Positions 23,801 to 35,055 of a DNA stretch of 64,000 bases are shown in pieces. Source of the DNA: Cyanophora paradoxa CCMP329. Its lineage: Eukaryota; Plantae; Glaucophyta. The position numbers and the translations under genes are program-made. Numbering within the stretch: the first letter of the stretch is position 1; the number at the start of each line of letters is the position of its first letter. The stretch spans positions 62,001 through 126,000 of the forward strand of contig QPMI01000152.1 in NCBI GenBank assembly GCA_004431415.1. The letters run 5' to 3'. Under the pieces are notes generated by a model. The model had not been told where the DNA came from. It made no database searches and saw only the letters and a program-made list of their open reading frames with translations.

Positions 23801-26000
23801 CCCCGCCTCGGCCGGCCCCCGCCGCAGCGTCTCGGAGCCCGTCCCGCCGCAGGCCCCGCCGCCGCCGCCGCCGCCGGCGCCGGCGCCGCCGGCGGTGCAG
23901 CAGTCGACGAGCGAGTACGGGCCGTTCATCGTGCCGGCGCGCAAGCCGACGGCGAGCGACATGGCGGCGCTGCAGCTGGACGACAAGAAGGGCGCCTGGG
24001 TCTACTGCAAGCCCAAGAACAGCTGGATCTACGTCCTCAGGCAGGAGGCGCCCCCGGCCCCGCCCGGCGAGCGCCCCGCCCGCCGGCCCCGGCCCGCCAG
24101 CGCCGGCGCCGGCGAGCGCTCCGGGCCCTACCGCGCCGGGGCCCGCCCGGCCTCCAGCCAGGAGCTCTCCGCGCCGCCCCAGCCGGCCTACGGCGACGCG
24201 GTGAACCCCGCCCTGCTCGAGATCCAGCGGCAGCTGGGCTACAGGAACCCGGGCGGCGCCCCGGCCGGGCCGGCCCCCAACTCGAGCCGGGGATCCCGCA
24301 AGCCGCGGCCGGCGTCGGCCAAGGCGCGGCTGGAGTCGCCGACGAAGCAGAGCGCGTGGGCGGCCGGCAGCGAGGGGCAGGGGACGCCGGAGAGCCGCCG
24401 CGGCCGCTCCTCCCGCATCGGCCGCGAGGACGTCATCCGTACGCCCCGCCCGCCTCGCGCCGCGCTGCGCCGCGCCGCGCCGCCCTCGCGCGCCCGGCTG
24501 ACGCGCGGGCGCGAGCAGTGGAGGAGGAAGGGCCCGGCGGGGCGGCGGGGGCCGGGGAGGAGCCCGGGCGGCCGCCGGCTGGCGGCGCGCCGCTGGTGAC
24601 CCCCGACGAGCGCCTCGACGAGATCATCAAGGCCATCGAGGGTGCGCGCCGTCCCCGCCGGGCCTCCCGCGGGGAGTCGTGCGCTGATCTGCGCGCGGGG
24701 GCGGCAGCGTGCGAGCGGGAGGACGGGGAGGCGGCGCTGCACCGGCGGGTGGAGCTCTGCGTGGAGCGCCTCGCCCTCTGCCAGCTCAAGTACGGCGAGC
24801 GGCACCTCGAGATCGTCCGCGCGCACTGGAAGCTCGCCGAGGCGTACATGGACGGCGGCCTCTTCGAGCAGAGCATCCAGCACGCCCTCAGCGCCCGCGA
24901 CCTCAACATCGCCATCGGCAGCGACGAGAGCCGCCGCATCCACCCCGAGATCCTCCTCACCCTCGGCCTCTGCTACACGCGCACCGGCCAGCTCGGCCAG
25001 GCCCGCACCTTCCTCACCAAGTCGCTTAAGTACAGCACGGCGATGTTCGGCGACGCGGACCGGCGGCTCGCCTCGGTGCACATGGCGCTGGCGGCCGTCG
25101 AGAAGCGGGAGCTGCGCTTCGAGCGGGCGGTGCAGCACCTGCAGGCGGCGCGGCGCATCAAGGCGCCCTTCCTCCCCACCGCCCCCGAGGTCCGCTCCGA
25201 GCTCGCCGACATCTCCGTCCTCCTCGCCAAGGTCCACTCCCACCCACCCCCCTTCTTTGCCGTACCCCGCCCCGCCCCGCGCCGTGCTCACGGGTGCGCG
25301 GGGTGCAGGTGTGCGCGGCGAAGGGGGAGGAGGACGAGGCGGCGCAGCACCTGGCGGAGGCGCTGCGGGACTACCGCGAGGCGGCGGCCGACGAGGGCCT
25401 CTCGCAGGCGGACCGGGAGCAGAGCCGGGTGCTGGCGGCGGACACGTCGGTGCGGGTGGGCAAGGGCCACATGCGGGTGCAGGACTTCCGCAGCGCGGAG
25501 CCGTTCTTCCGGGAGGCGCTGGCGGCGTACGAGGCGGTGTTCGGGGTGAAGGACGTGCGCTCCATCGCGGTGCGCCGCGAGCTCGGCCTCCTCTACGTCA
25601 AGTGGCGCCGCTTCCCCGAGGCCCAGGTCGTCCTCAAGGCGCGCCCCCCGTCCTCCTTTGTTTCCCCTCGCTCCGCTTCCCCTCTGACGGCGCGGCGCAG
25701 GTGCTGCTGACGGCGGAGCGCCAGTTCTACGGGGCGGACTCGGTGAAGCCGGCGGACACGGCGCGCGTGCTCGGCACCGTCTACCTCGCCGACCAGCGCC
25801 TGCCGGAGGCGCTCGAGATGTACCAGACCGTCCTCCGCGTCTACCGCGCCGAGTACGGGCCCAAGGACAAGCGCGTGCGGAGCATCGCGGCGCGCATCGC
25901 CGAGGTCCGCGAGCAGCTCGTCAAGCAGACCGCCGCCGACGTCGACAAGGCCGTCAACGGCTCCCCGCACGCCCCCGACGCCGACGCCCTCGTCTACTAG
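20826..26000 (+). CDS. Large multidomain protein: N-terminal beta-rich domain, LamG/concanavalin-like domain, Pro-rich linker, SAM domain, TTC23-like TPR region
   Basis: LamG: ALHFDG..FTIAMSVR..FCGRVRHLSVWERPL..GLCALYKF. SAM: WGVEDVGAWLEGLGLAQYRRVFAESAVDGSLL..LEVENPLHLKKM. TPR: LALCQLKYGERHLEIVRAHWKLAEAY and later repeats. Joining needs one 1-nt frame change near 23243. Confidence 0.65.
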
Positions 26001-26108
26001 GGCCCACGCCTGTCCCCGCCTCCCACGTTTCTTTCCCCACGTTTCTTTCCGAAGGCACCTTGCAGTGCCCAGTCTAGCATTTGCCGACCCGTAGCGTAGG
26101 GCTCGCTT

Positions 26109-26715
26109 TGCAGTTTGATCAAGAACCAGAGTCTGCGCCCGCTCTCGCCCCGCTCTCGCGCCATCTGGCCCGACGCCATCCCGGCTGCTTTCGCATCTGC
26201 CAGCTCGATCGACCGCGGTCGCCTCTTGCTTTCGCCTTTGCCCGACTGACGTGCGCCCCCCGCCCCCGGCGCCAGATCGGCCCCGCCGTCTGGGGTGCCG
26301 CCGTCCTGGGGCCCCGCCTCGGGTTCAGGCGATCCGGACGGATTGCGATGGCCCCAGTACCCCAGCTTCGATCCGACGCGACGCGATGCGGCTCCACCTT
26401 ACGCACCTTCGGGAGCGGGGGAGGCTGTATTCCTCTCCCTTAGGGCCAGTCCGTGGCGGGAACGGGCGAGCCTCCGGGCACGGCCCGCACCTTTGATCCT
26501 ATGATCTTAAGCCCGTAGGGTAAGTAGGCCTAGGTTTCGATCTCGAGCTTCGGTATTCGATTTCGATTTTCGACGTCACTTGCCTATCTGTCTGAGCCCT
26601 TACGATTCGACCGGCGGCCAACTGCTAGCCAAACAGCTGCTAGCTATAGGGCTAGTCCAGATATCGATGTCGTTGGTCGTGTCTGAAACTTGAAATGCAG
26701 TTTGATCAAGAACCA
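26109..26715 (+). repeat. Perfect 20-bp direct repeat tgcagtttgatcaagaacca (26109-26128 and 26696-26715)
   Basis: An identical AT-rich 20-mer occurs twice in one intergenic region. Confidence 0.85.
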
Positions 26716-26927
26716 ATACTACGCAGGCGCTCGTGCGGGGCGAGGGGGCAGGCGCAGTGCGGGGCAAGCGCAAGCGCAGAAGCGCTAGCTGGCAACCTGC
26801 GCGCATGCGCATGCTGCATGGCAGGAAGTTGCTGCGCCGGTAGGGGTACATGATCCGCAAAGCTTCATCGAAAACCGACCAGGCTGGTCGCCCAGGCGCC
26901 CGGAAGATCGCACGAAAGGGGCCGATC

Positions 26928-29134
26928 ATGGAGAGGGCTCTCTCCGTTCAGCCTGCCGGTTCCCGCCAACAGACGGTGTTTCTTGGTGCGCTCTTCCCGT
27001 CGCGCTGGGCGTCTCGAACGTCGCTAGAGTGATGCGGGTGTCGCTTCATTTCCGTTTTTGATGTCGTTCCTTGTCCCCGGCCCACAGATTTGCCCGACGA
27101 GGTGGCTTCCCACCGAACGCCGCCGCCACACCCGCAGCCACCCCAAATGAAGCTCATCACGCGCGCAGATCATCTCGCGCATCTATGGATTGCTTCCGCT
27201 GCCCGGTTCGCGCGTTGTTGTCCTCCGGCCGGAGCGAATTTGATCTGATGATCGCTTGCAATTGTCCACTTCGCGGTGTGCAGACAAGCTGCGGGGCACG
27301 CGAGTATGCCGCAGGTTCTCAGAGTGCTCCATGAATGCTTCAGTGCTCCGCGAAATCGACCGTCCGTGTTGAAACTTGTGGGCGATTCGCTTTCTTCTTA
27401 TTTAGGTTCCCTTCGAATTCGCAGTTGCGCCCCACACTGCAATCGACGGGTCCGGATTCGCGAAGATCTGCCGGAAAGCTACTCAAGCGACAGGCTTGTC
27501 GCTCAAGGGCATCGCGTTCGCCAAGCAGCCGAACGCGCTGTTGTTCATGTCTCAACTCGCGCCCTCACTCCAGCGCCTGTGCCTGCTGGACTGCCCTGCG
27601 CTCAACGACGGCAATGCGAGTGTCCTATCGCTTTGCAAGAATTTGTACGGCCTGGACATCATCAACACGCTGAACGTCCAGCGGCCTGAGTCGTACGACT
27701 TCATCGGTTCGTTCTCCTGTCGCTGCCGGTGTCTGAAGCTGGACGAAAAGCGCATTTACTCGGGTCCGGCAGCGGATATGCAGAACTTGGCTGTGCTTCG
27801 CATGGGCGGCCCGGTACGATTCGAGCACTTCCGCGAGCTTCCCCCTCGTGCCGACGAGCCGCGCGCGTCAGAACATCACCGCGCGTGCCCTGGAGCCCAT
27901 CGGGAAGCTGCCACGCATATCCGTGCGCCGCATTCTTGCGCTGCTCGGGAGCCGGCGGCGCCTCACCCGCCGCGGCGCAGGCGCTTGTGCTGCTGGGCAC
28001 GGCGCCGAAGCCCGGTCCCTTCACGGAGCCGATCTCGCGGGCGCGCTCCCTGACCAGCCTCGTTCTCTACGTGCAGGCGCGCCCGCCTCCGCCCGCCGCC
28101 GGCGCCGCGGCTCTGCTGAGCGCTCGTTCGCGGCGCAGAACCTGGAGGAGGTGCCCTCGCTGGACCCGCTGGCCGCCCTCTCCAACCTCGAGCGCCTCCA
28201 GGCGAGCGCCGCGCGGCCCCTCCCCCTCGCCCTCCCTCTAGCGAGCCGCGACGCTCTCAGTTCGGTGTGACGCGCTCCCTGGAGACGTTCAACGACCTGC
28301 GCTTCCTGCACGGCATGGCGCGCAGCATACGCGCCCTCGAGCTCTCCTCCCTGCTCCTGACGCCGGCCGCCGTCCCCGCCCTCGCCGCCTGCACCGGCCT
28401 CGTCGGTCCGGCCCCGCCCCGGCCCGCCAGCCGCGCGCGACGGCGGGCCGGCGAGCGGGGGGCGCAGAGCTGGACCTGACGGTCCTCTGCACGGCGGACA
28501 GCGCGCTGGAGCCGGCGCTCCAGCGCCTCCAGCGCCTCCGCTCCCTCTCCCTCTGCGGCGTCCGGTCCGTTCTCGCCGCCCGCCGCCCGCCGCCTCGGCC
28601 GCCGGCGAGGTCGAGCGGGGGCGGGGCGCAGGATGCCGCAGGTGGCGAGCGTGCCGGCGCTGCCGCTGCTGCAGCGCGCTCGCTTCGGGTTCTTTGACGA
28701 GGCGGAGTCGACGGGGGACGCGGCGCGGGGCATGCTGCGCCAGCCCGCCCTCCGCACGCTCGAGCTCGAGTTCACCCAGGCCCGCACGCCCTGCCTCCGG
28801 CCCCGCCTCGCCTCTTACAGTCGCCCCAGACGACGCCGGCGGACCTGCGGCCGCTCGCGGCCCTCACGCAGCTCGAGACCCTCGTCATCCCCGCGGCCGC
28901 CTCCCCGGCCCGCACCGCCGGGCGCCCGCTGGCGCGCCCCCGCCGCCCTCTCGCCCCCCGCCGCGCGCCGCGCGCCGCTGAGGCGGCGGCCCGCAGCGGC
29001 CGGAGGAGCGGGACTGGGTGGACGACGAGCTTGAGCGGCTCGCCCCGAAGGCCCGCTGCATGCGCATCTCCCGCGCCCGCCCCGCCCCAACCTCCTTCGT
29101 CGCCCCCTCCGTGCCCCGTCCGCCCCCCGAGTGA
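26928..29134 (+). CDS. F-box/leucine-rich repeat protein
   Basis: F-box assembled from small exons: FL|DLPDE|IISRIYGLLPLP|DKLRGTRVCRRF. LRRs include SLQRLCLLDCPALND, LAALSNLERLQ, LQRLRSLSL and LAALTQLETLVI. Confidence 0.8.
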
Positions 29135-29710
29135 CCCCAGCTGTGGCTAGCCTAGAAGCCTAGTAGCCCCGTAGCTCTTCGGCGCCCGCGACAACGACCT
29201 CAAATCTCGGAGTCACTTTCGACCGCACCCCATCGATATCTGTCTAGCCCATAGCTAGCCTAGTAGTGTACGCAGTGCATCGACACCCGAACTCGAACGC
29301 TGTTCCTGTCCATTGGAATTGAACATGTACAATCACCCAGTGACTCGCATATACATAGAATCTTGCAGGCGCGCGCAGCTGCGCGCTCAACTGCCATAAG
29401 ATACCTGGATTCATAAACCTATCAAGCGCAAGGCAATAGAAAAAGCTGTCTGGAAAAAGGATAAAAAGCTGAATCAGGTGATCTCTGATGGGACCTGATC
29501 ACTGAGTCAGAAAAGCACGCTGAAGAAAGCAGGCTTCAAGCAAGGCTGTTTAAACTGTATACTTTATCTTAACCTAGGCCGGACTGGACTGTCCGCGCTC
29601 AAAAAAGACGAGCGCTGCCGTGCTGAATTAGTGTAACTGGGTAAGAAAAAAAGCTCTTCTCTCTAAGGAGCGTCGCGATCGGAAAAAAGGAAGCGATCGA
29701 GAAGCAGGGC

Positions 29711-31729
29711 CTAGAAGCCGATGCGGCGGCCGCCGCTGGTGACGAGCTGCGGGCGCTCGAGCCGCGGGGCGGCGTGCGCCGGCATCGACTTGGAGGCGAG
29801 GCTCGGGCTGGCCCCCGCGGGGCCCGGCGGCGCGAGCCGCGGCGAGCCGGCGTGCGAGGCCTGCAGCGACGGCGAGCGCGCCGCCAGCGGGAGGTGCGAG
29901 GGGACGGGAGGCGCTCGGCGGGCGGACGGGGAGCGGGCGGCGTGCGCGGCGGGCGCGAGGCGGGCCGGGGCGCTGCGGGCGAGCGGGTCGGCGCTGCTGG
30001 CCGTGACGACGGTGCCGGGGAGGTGCAGCTGCACGCGGCCGCTGGGCGACGCCACGGGGAAGGCCCCGCTCCCGTCCTGCGTGCGCGGCCGCAGCCAGCG
30101 GCCGGCGGGGAGACCGGCGGGGCGAGCGCCGGGCTGCCCGGGCCGGCGGGCGAGCCGGGGCCGGCCGGCGGGGGCGGGGCGAGGACGGGGAGGGCACGCG
30201 GCGGCCGGTGACGCTCGGGCTGCGGGCGGCCGGCAGCGGCCGCGGGCTCCCGCCGGCGCCCGCCGCGGCGAGGGCGGCGAGGGGGACCGAGTGGGGCGTC
30301 ATGGCCCGGTCTCGGTCGGGGCTCCCGGCCCCCGAGGCCGCGGAAGCAACGGAGACCGGGACGGGGGCGGGGGCGGCGAGCGGGTCGGCGGCGATGCTGT
30401 AGTTGTCGACGGCGAACATGGCGCCCCCGACGCGCAGCACGGGCGGCGTGATCCGCCGGATCGCCAGCACCTGCTGCGCCAGCCGCCGCACCTGCCGGCC
30501 GCGCGTCAGGCCGGCGCCTTCGCCGGGCTGGGAGCGGGGGCGGCGCGCGCCTGGGCGATCTGCGCGGGGCTCTCGGGCGAGCGCATGTTCTGCGGGTTCT
30601 TCCGCCTGTCGTGCGTCCACTGCACGATCTTCATCGCCTCGTCCGCAGAGAGGCCGTACAGGTACACTGCGCGCGCCCGGTCGCGCGGGAGCCAGCCGGG
30701 CCGCCCGGCGGCGGGGGCGCACCGAGCATCAGGGAGACGATGGTGCCGGTGCGGCCGTGGCCGCCCCAGCAGTGGACGTAGAGCACGTCGCCGCGCACGA
30801 AGCGCGCGCAGAGGTGCTCGACCAGCGCCATCACCACCTCGTCCGGCCCGATGAAGCCGTCCCGGATCTGAGAGACGGGTCGGCGGGGCCGGAGGCGGCG
30901 CGGAGGGCGGCTGGGGCGGCACCTTGCAGTGCAGCCAGTCGACCTTGCGCTGGCTCAGCTGGGACTGCTCCCGCTTGAGGAGCTCGCGCGCGTCCTGAAG
31001 GGGCGGGGTGAGAATCTGGTGGGGAGGACTCCAACCGAAGCGCGGCACCTGCAGGTACGTGCGGATGCCCTGGCCCTTTCTCCACCGGCTCTCCGGGCAG
31101 TATTGCTCCGCCTCCGCTTGCAGGCAGCAGAACGTGTCGATCCCTGCGGCCGGTTCGAGGGGGAACTTTGCGCGGATCTGATAACGCGGCTTGCCTTTTT
31201 TAAGAATCGATAGGATGGTGTTGATGTGCTCTGCGGTTCACGCGCGCATGAGCGTCGGACGGAGAGACGGGGTCGCCACGCAGCCGTCGGACATGGAATC
31301 TTAAAGCTACCCGACCGCGGGCGAAGCGGTCTTACCGTAATCATTCAAGCTCGCTGGATAGGCGCCAGCCATCAGCCGTCCAGGTACGACCCAATTACTG
31401 CGCCAGCACGCGTTATGCGTGAAGGGAATTTTGACAGGACGGCCTCTCTCGCGCTCTCGCGCTCTCGCTGTGTACGCGCAAACCTGTATCCTGTCGGACC
31501 CCTGAAAGTGTGTCAGCGCGCGAGCGATCGCGCAGGCGACGGATGCTCACCGGACGAGCTCGCTCGGAGTTGGGAGCGGGGGCAACTTGGAAGCCCACTC
31601 CGGCTGCTCTTCCCGGTCGTCCTCTTTGGGCGCATGGAGCATAACTGGACTGTGCTGGCCATGTGGATCGGTGCTCGACCGTCGGACGGCTCCAAGCGAG
31701 GTCCTGGATGGAGACACCGAGCGGACCAT
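29711..31729 (-). CDS. Cys-based (CX5R) dual-specificity/tyrosine phosphatase with Ser/Pro-rich tail
   Basis: NWVVPGRLMAGAYP, GIDTFCCLQ, IRDG, active site VLYVHCWGGHGRTGTIV, Q-loop SPESPAQ. Confidence 0.9.
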
Positions 31730-31969
31730 CGCGCGCGCCTCGCGCAGGCGTTATGCACGCGTCTCCCCTCGTCAGCACAGCTACAGTGTTGATGCTGATC
31801 GTCAGGCGCGCGTCCCGTCGTATCGACCTCGGCCTACACGCGCCAGCGTGCAGATGGCGTGCACAAGGTTGCGGATCGGACAAAGCGGGCAGGGGGGTAC
31901 ATGGTGACAATCGACCGGCCACTCGGAGCCTGATTACAAAAATTGCGAAATTTAATTTTGGTCTCTATA

Positions 31970-32294
31970 GAGCCGGCGACCGTACCCGGTACCGCATGCA
32001 TGATTGACGCGCATGTTGGGGTTGATCATGCGCATGACTCGCGGCATGAAGCCTGCGAAAACTCGCACGACACGTATGCGCGCAGAATTCGAAGACGAGC
32101 TTTCGAATTCGAAGACTTCGGTCGAAGACGGGGACGTCGACCAACCACCGTGGCACCGGTACCATTGGTTCACAGTGCATATGATCATGAAGGCGCTTGG
32201 TGACCCGGCAATGGGCCGGCATCTTGGGATTGACGCCCACCCTAGCTACTTGAACAAAACGTTGACGCATCGCGGGGCCGGTTTCATTTCTTGA
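31970..32294 (+). CDS. Short hypothetical gene or orphan terminal exon(s)
   Basis: Acceptor gcgcag followed by the open frame FEDELSNSK...PPWHRYHWFTVHMIMKALGDP...GFIS*; no recognisable family. Confidence 0.25.
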
Positions 32295-32351
32295 CAGTCG
32301 ACGTCGACTCCGTCGTCCGGGGACTCGTCCGTCGTCGAGTCGTCGGCGCCA

Positions 32352-34905
32352 TCAGCGGGGGCCGGAGGGGGCCGGGGTGGACGCGGAGGGCCCGCCTGCG
32401 CGGGCGAGGTCGGCGGCGAGGCGCGTGCCGTCCTCCTCCTCCGTCGTGGCCGCCATCTTGTTCAGCGTCTCCTGCCGCCCCGGTCGCCCGGCCCTCGAGG
32501 GGGCGCGGGGGGCGGAGGGGCGGGGGGCGGGGGGACCTGCTCCCGCGGGTGCGCGTTGGAGAGGTGCGAGTTGAGCTGCCAGACCTGCGTCGGCCCAGGC
32601 CTCAGGGGGGTGGGGCGGAGGGCGGGGCGGGGCGGGGCGGGGCGGGGCGCGCCTTGATCGTCCCGCACGAGTCGCCCGTCGCCAGCATGTCCGGCATCCT
32701 GCGCGGGGGTCAGGAGGGCTGGGGCGCCGGGCGGGGGCGGGGCGGGGCGGGCCGCGGGTTGAAGGCGACGGCGTAGACGGGGAGGCGGCGCTGCTGGTCG
32801 CCGCCCTCGAGGCGCACGTCCCCGGCCTCCAGCCGCACGCTCGGCTGCAGCGCCGACTCCTCCAGGTCGTACACGTACGCCATCCCGTCCCCCGCCGCCG
32901 CCGCGAACACCAGCGGCCGCGAGCGGGACCACTGCACCGCGTAGACGCAGCGCGGGCTCGGCTCCAGCGTGAGGAGCGGGCGGCGCTGGAGCATGTGGTA
33001 GACGCGGACGGCGCCGTCGGCGGAGCCCGTGAGGAAGACGTTGCGGTGGAAGGGCGAGGTGTCGGCGTCGTGGACGGCCCCCGAGTGCCCCGCGAACGTG
33101 AACTTGATCGGCGTCGTGAAGGTGATCTTGGGCGGCGGCGCGTCCGGCTTGGGGGCCACGGGGGCCCCCACCCCCGAGGAGAAGCACTTGTACACGGAGC
33201 CGGTCTCCGTCCCCACCACGTACGTCGTCCGGTCCTGCTTCGAGAACGAGAGCGCCGTCCCTGCCCGCCCGTGTGAGCCACGGGCGGGCGGGAGGGCGGG
33301 GCGGGCGGCAGGGCCGGGCGGACCGCCGCGGATGACGGAGCGGGCGGCGCTGCGGCGGGGCCCGTCGTCGTCGTCGTCGGCCTTCTTCGACTCGCCTTCC
33401 CGCGGCTCCAGCTTGGCCCTGCGCCCGCGCCTCGGCGGGGCGACCTGGCCGGCGGGGCGGGGCGGGGCGGGGGGCACCCGTCGATGGGGTGCGCGACTGC
33501 GTTCTTGAGGGACCAAATGAGCACGCGCCCGTCCGTCGAGACCGTCGCCAGCTGCGCCGCCGCTCGCGGGGCGCGCCGGGGGGCGAGCGGGGCGGGGCGG
33601 GGCGCGCGCCTTGTCCCACTGGCGCTCCCGGACGTCGTAGAGCCACTCGATCTTCATGATGGCCTCGCGGTGCGAGATCTCGGTCACGCGCGACTGCCCG
33701 ATCCGCTGCTCGTCCGTCCGCGCCAGGTCGAACAGGAAGAGGTCCCCTGCGCGCGCACCCGCCCCGCCCGCCCCGTGAGCCAGCGGCGGCGGCGGGGCGG
33801 GGCGGGGCGGGGCGGGGCGGAGGGGCGGGGCGGGCGCGCCGTTGAAGCCGCCGGCGGCGAGGATGGAGGGCTTCTCGGGGTGGAAGGCGCAGCTCATCAG
33901 GCAGCACTGGCCCGCCGCACGCGTCAGCGGCGGGGGCGGGGGGAGGGGGGGAGAGAGGGTACGGCTCACGGGGACTTCGATGCTGGTGTCGGCCTTGGTG
34001 GGGACCATCGTGCGCCGGCCGACGTTCCAGGTGCGGAGGGCGCTGCGGTGCGCGCAGCTGCCCTTGTGGTCGAACTTGCCGTACCTGCCGCCCCGTGAGG
34101 CGGGCGCGGCGGGGCGCGCGGAGCACCGCGGCGCACGCGACGGCGACGGTCCAGCCGGTGGCGTTCCAGGAGAGGGCGGCGGCGGGGAACTCGGAGCGGG
34201 CGGCGTCGTCCTCGGGGTCCCCCTGCTGCTTCAGCAGCTGCTTGGCCGCCTCGTCGTCCTCTGCCGCCGCCGCCGGTGCCGCCGGCCGGTGGTACAGCCT
34301 GTGCAGGCAACGAACCTCGCCCCGCTCCTGCTCCCACACCACGTCGTAGTCTGCGCCCGCCGGCGATCACAGGGGAGCCGCGCGGCCCGCCGCGTCCAGC
34401 TAAGCGCGTTAGCCTTAGCTACGGACGCGTGTACACCCTTGCGCTCTAGCGGCGACTTCGGGCGCGTTGTTGCGAGTCCGGAGGCGCCGCAGCGATCATT
34501 TTGGGGCGATGGATGGGGGAGCCGTGAGGGGCGGAGGGGCGAGTCGCACCCTGGAAGGCCCGGCTCCTCGCGTTGACCTCAAGCTGCTGCTCGACGTCGG
34601 GCGCCACGCGGCGCAGGAAGTCCTGCAGTTCCCGCGAGTTCGGGTCGGTGTTTTTGGACGAGCGCACGGCCGACGCGTCGGTCTGGACCTGTGGGCGCGA
34701 CGCCTGAGCGCAGAGTAGCTCACGAGCAGCCGTTGGCGCGGACCTCCACGCTCAGTTTGTGCAAGGTCTGGATTTCGACGTCGTAGAGCTCCTGCTCCTC
34801 AGTCTGGGCCTGGGCGCTCCGCAGGGAGCGGTTGGTGCGCCATGTCGACGGGACATCCACATCTCCAGCGTTCGCGTCCCCAAAGTTCGCCAGGTAGAGG
34901 GGCAT
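32352..34905 (-). CDS. WDR34: WD repeat protein 34 / dynein-2 intermediate chain (FAP133)
   Basis: N-terminal QT light-chain-binding motifs (AQAQT, VEIQT, VQT), LQDFLRRV..QLEVNARSRAF, LSWNATG..AVAYGKFDH, CAFHPEKPSILAAGGFNG, SPFHRNVFLTGSADG, WSRSRPLVFAAA. Confidence 0.92.
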
Positions 34906-35055
34906 GGCGCCGCCTCTAGCTCGCGGCCTCCCGGGGCGCTCTAGATCGAGGCCACCTCTATATGAGCCCTTTACTCGACTCCGGGGGTCTGGTCTGCTGA
35001 GCCGGGAGAGCTGCGAGCGCGGCCTTGCCGGGTACGCTGCACTTGCGCTGCGGGC

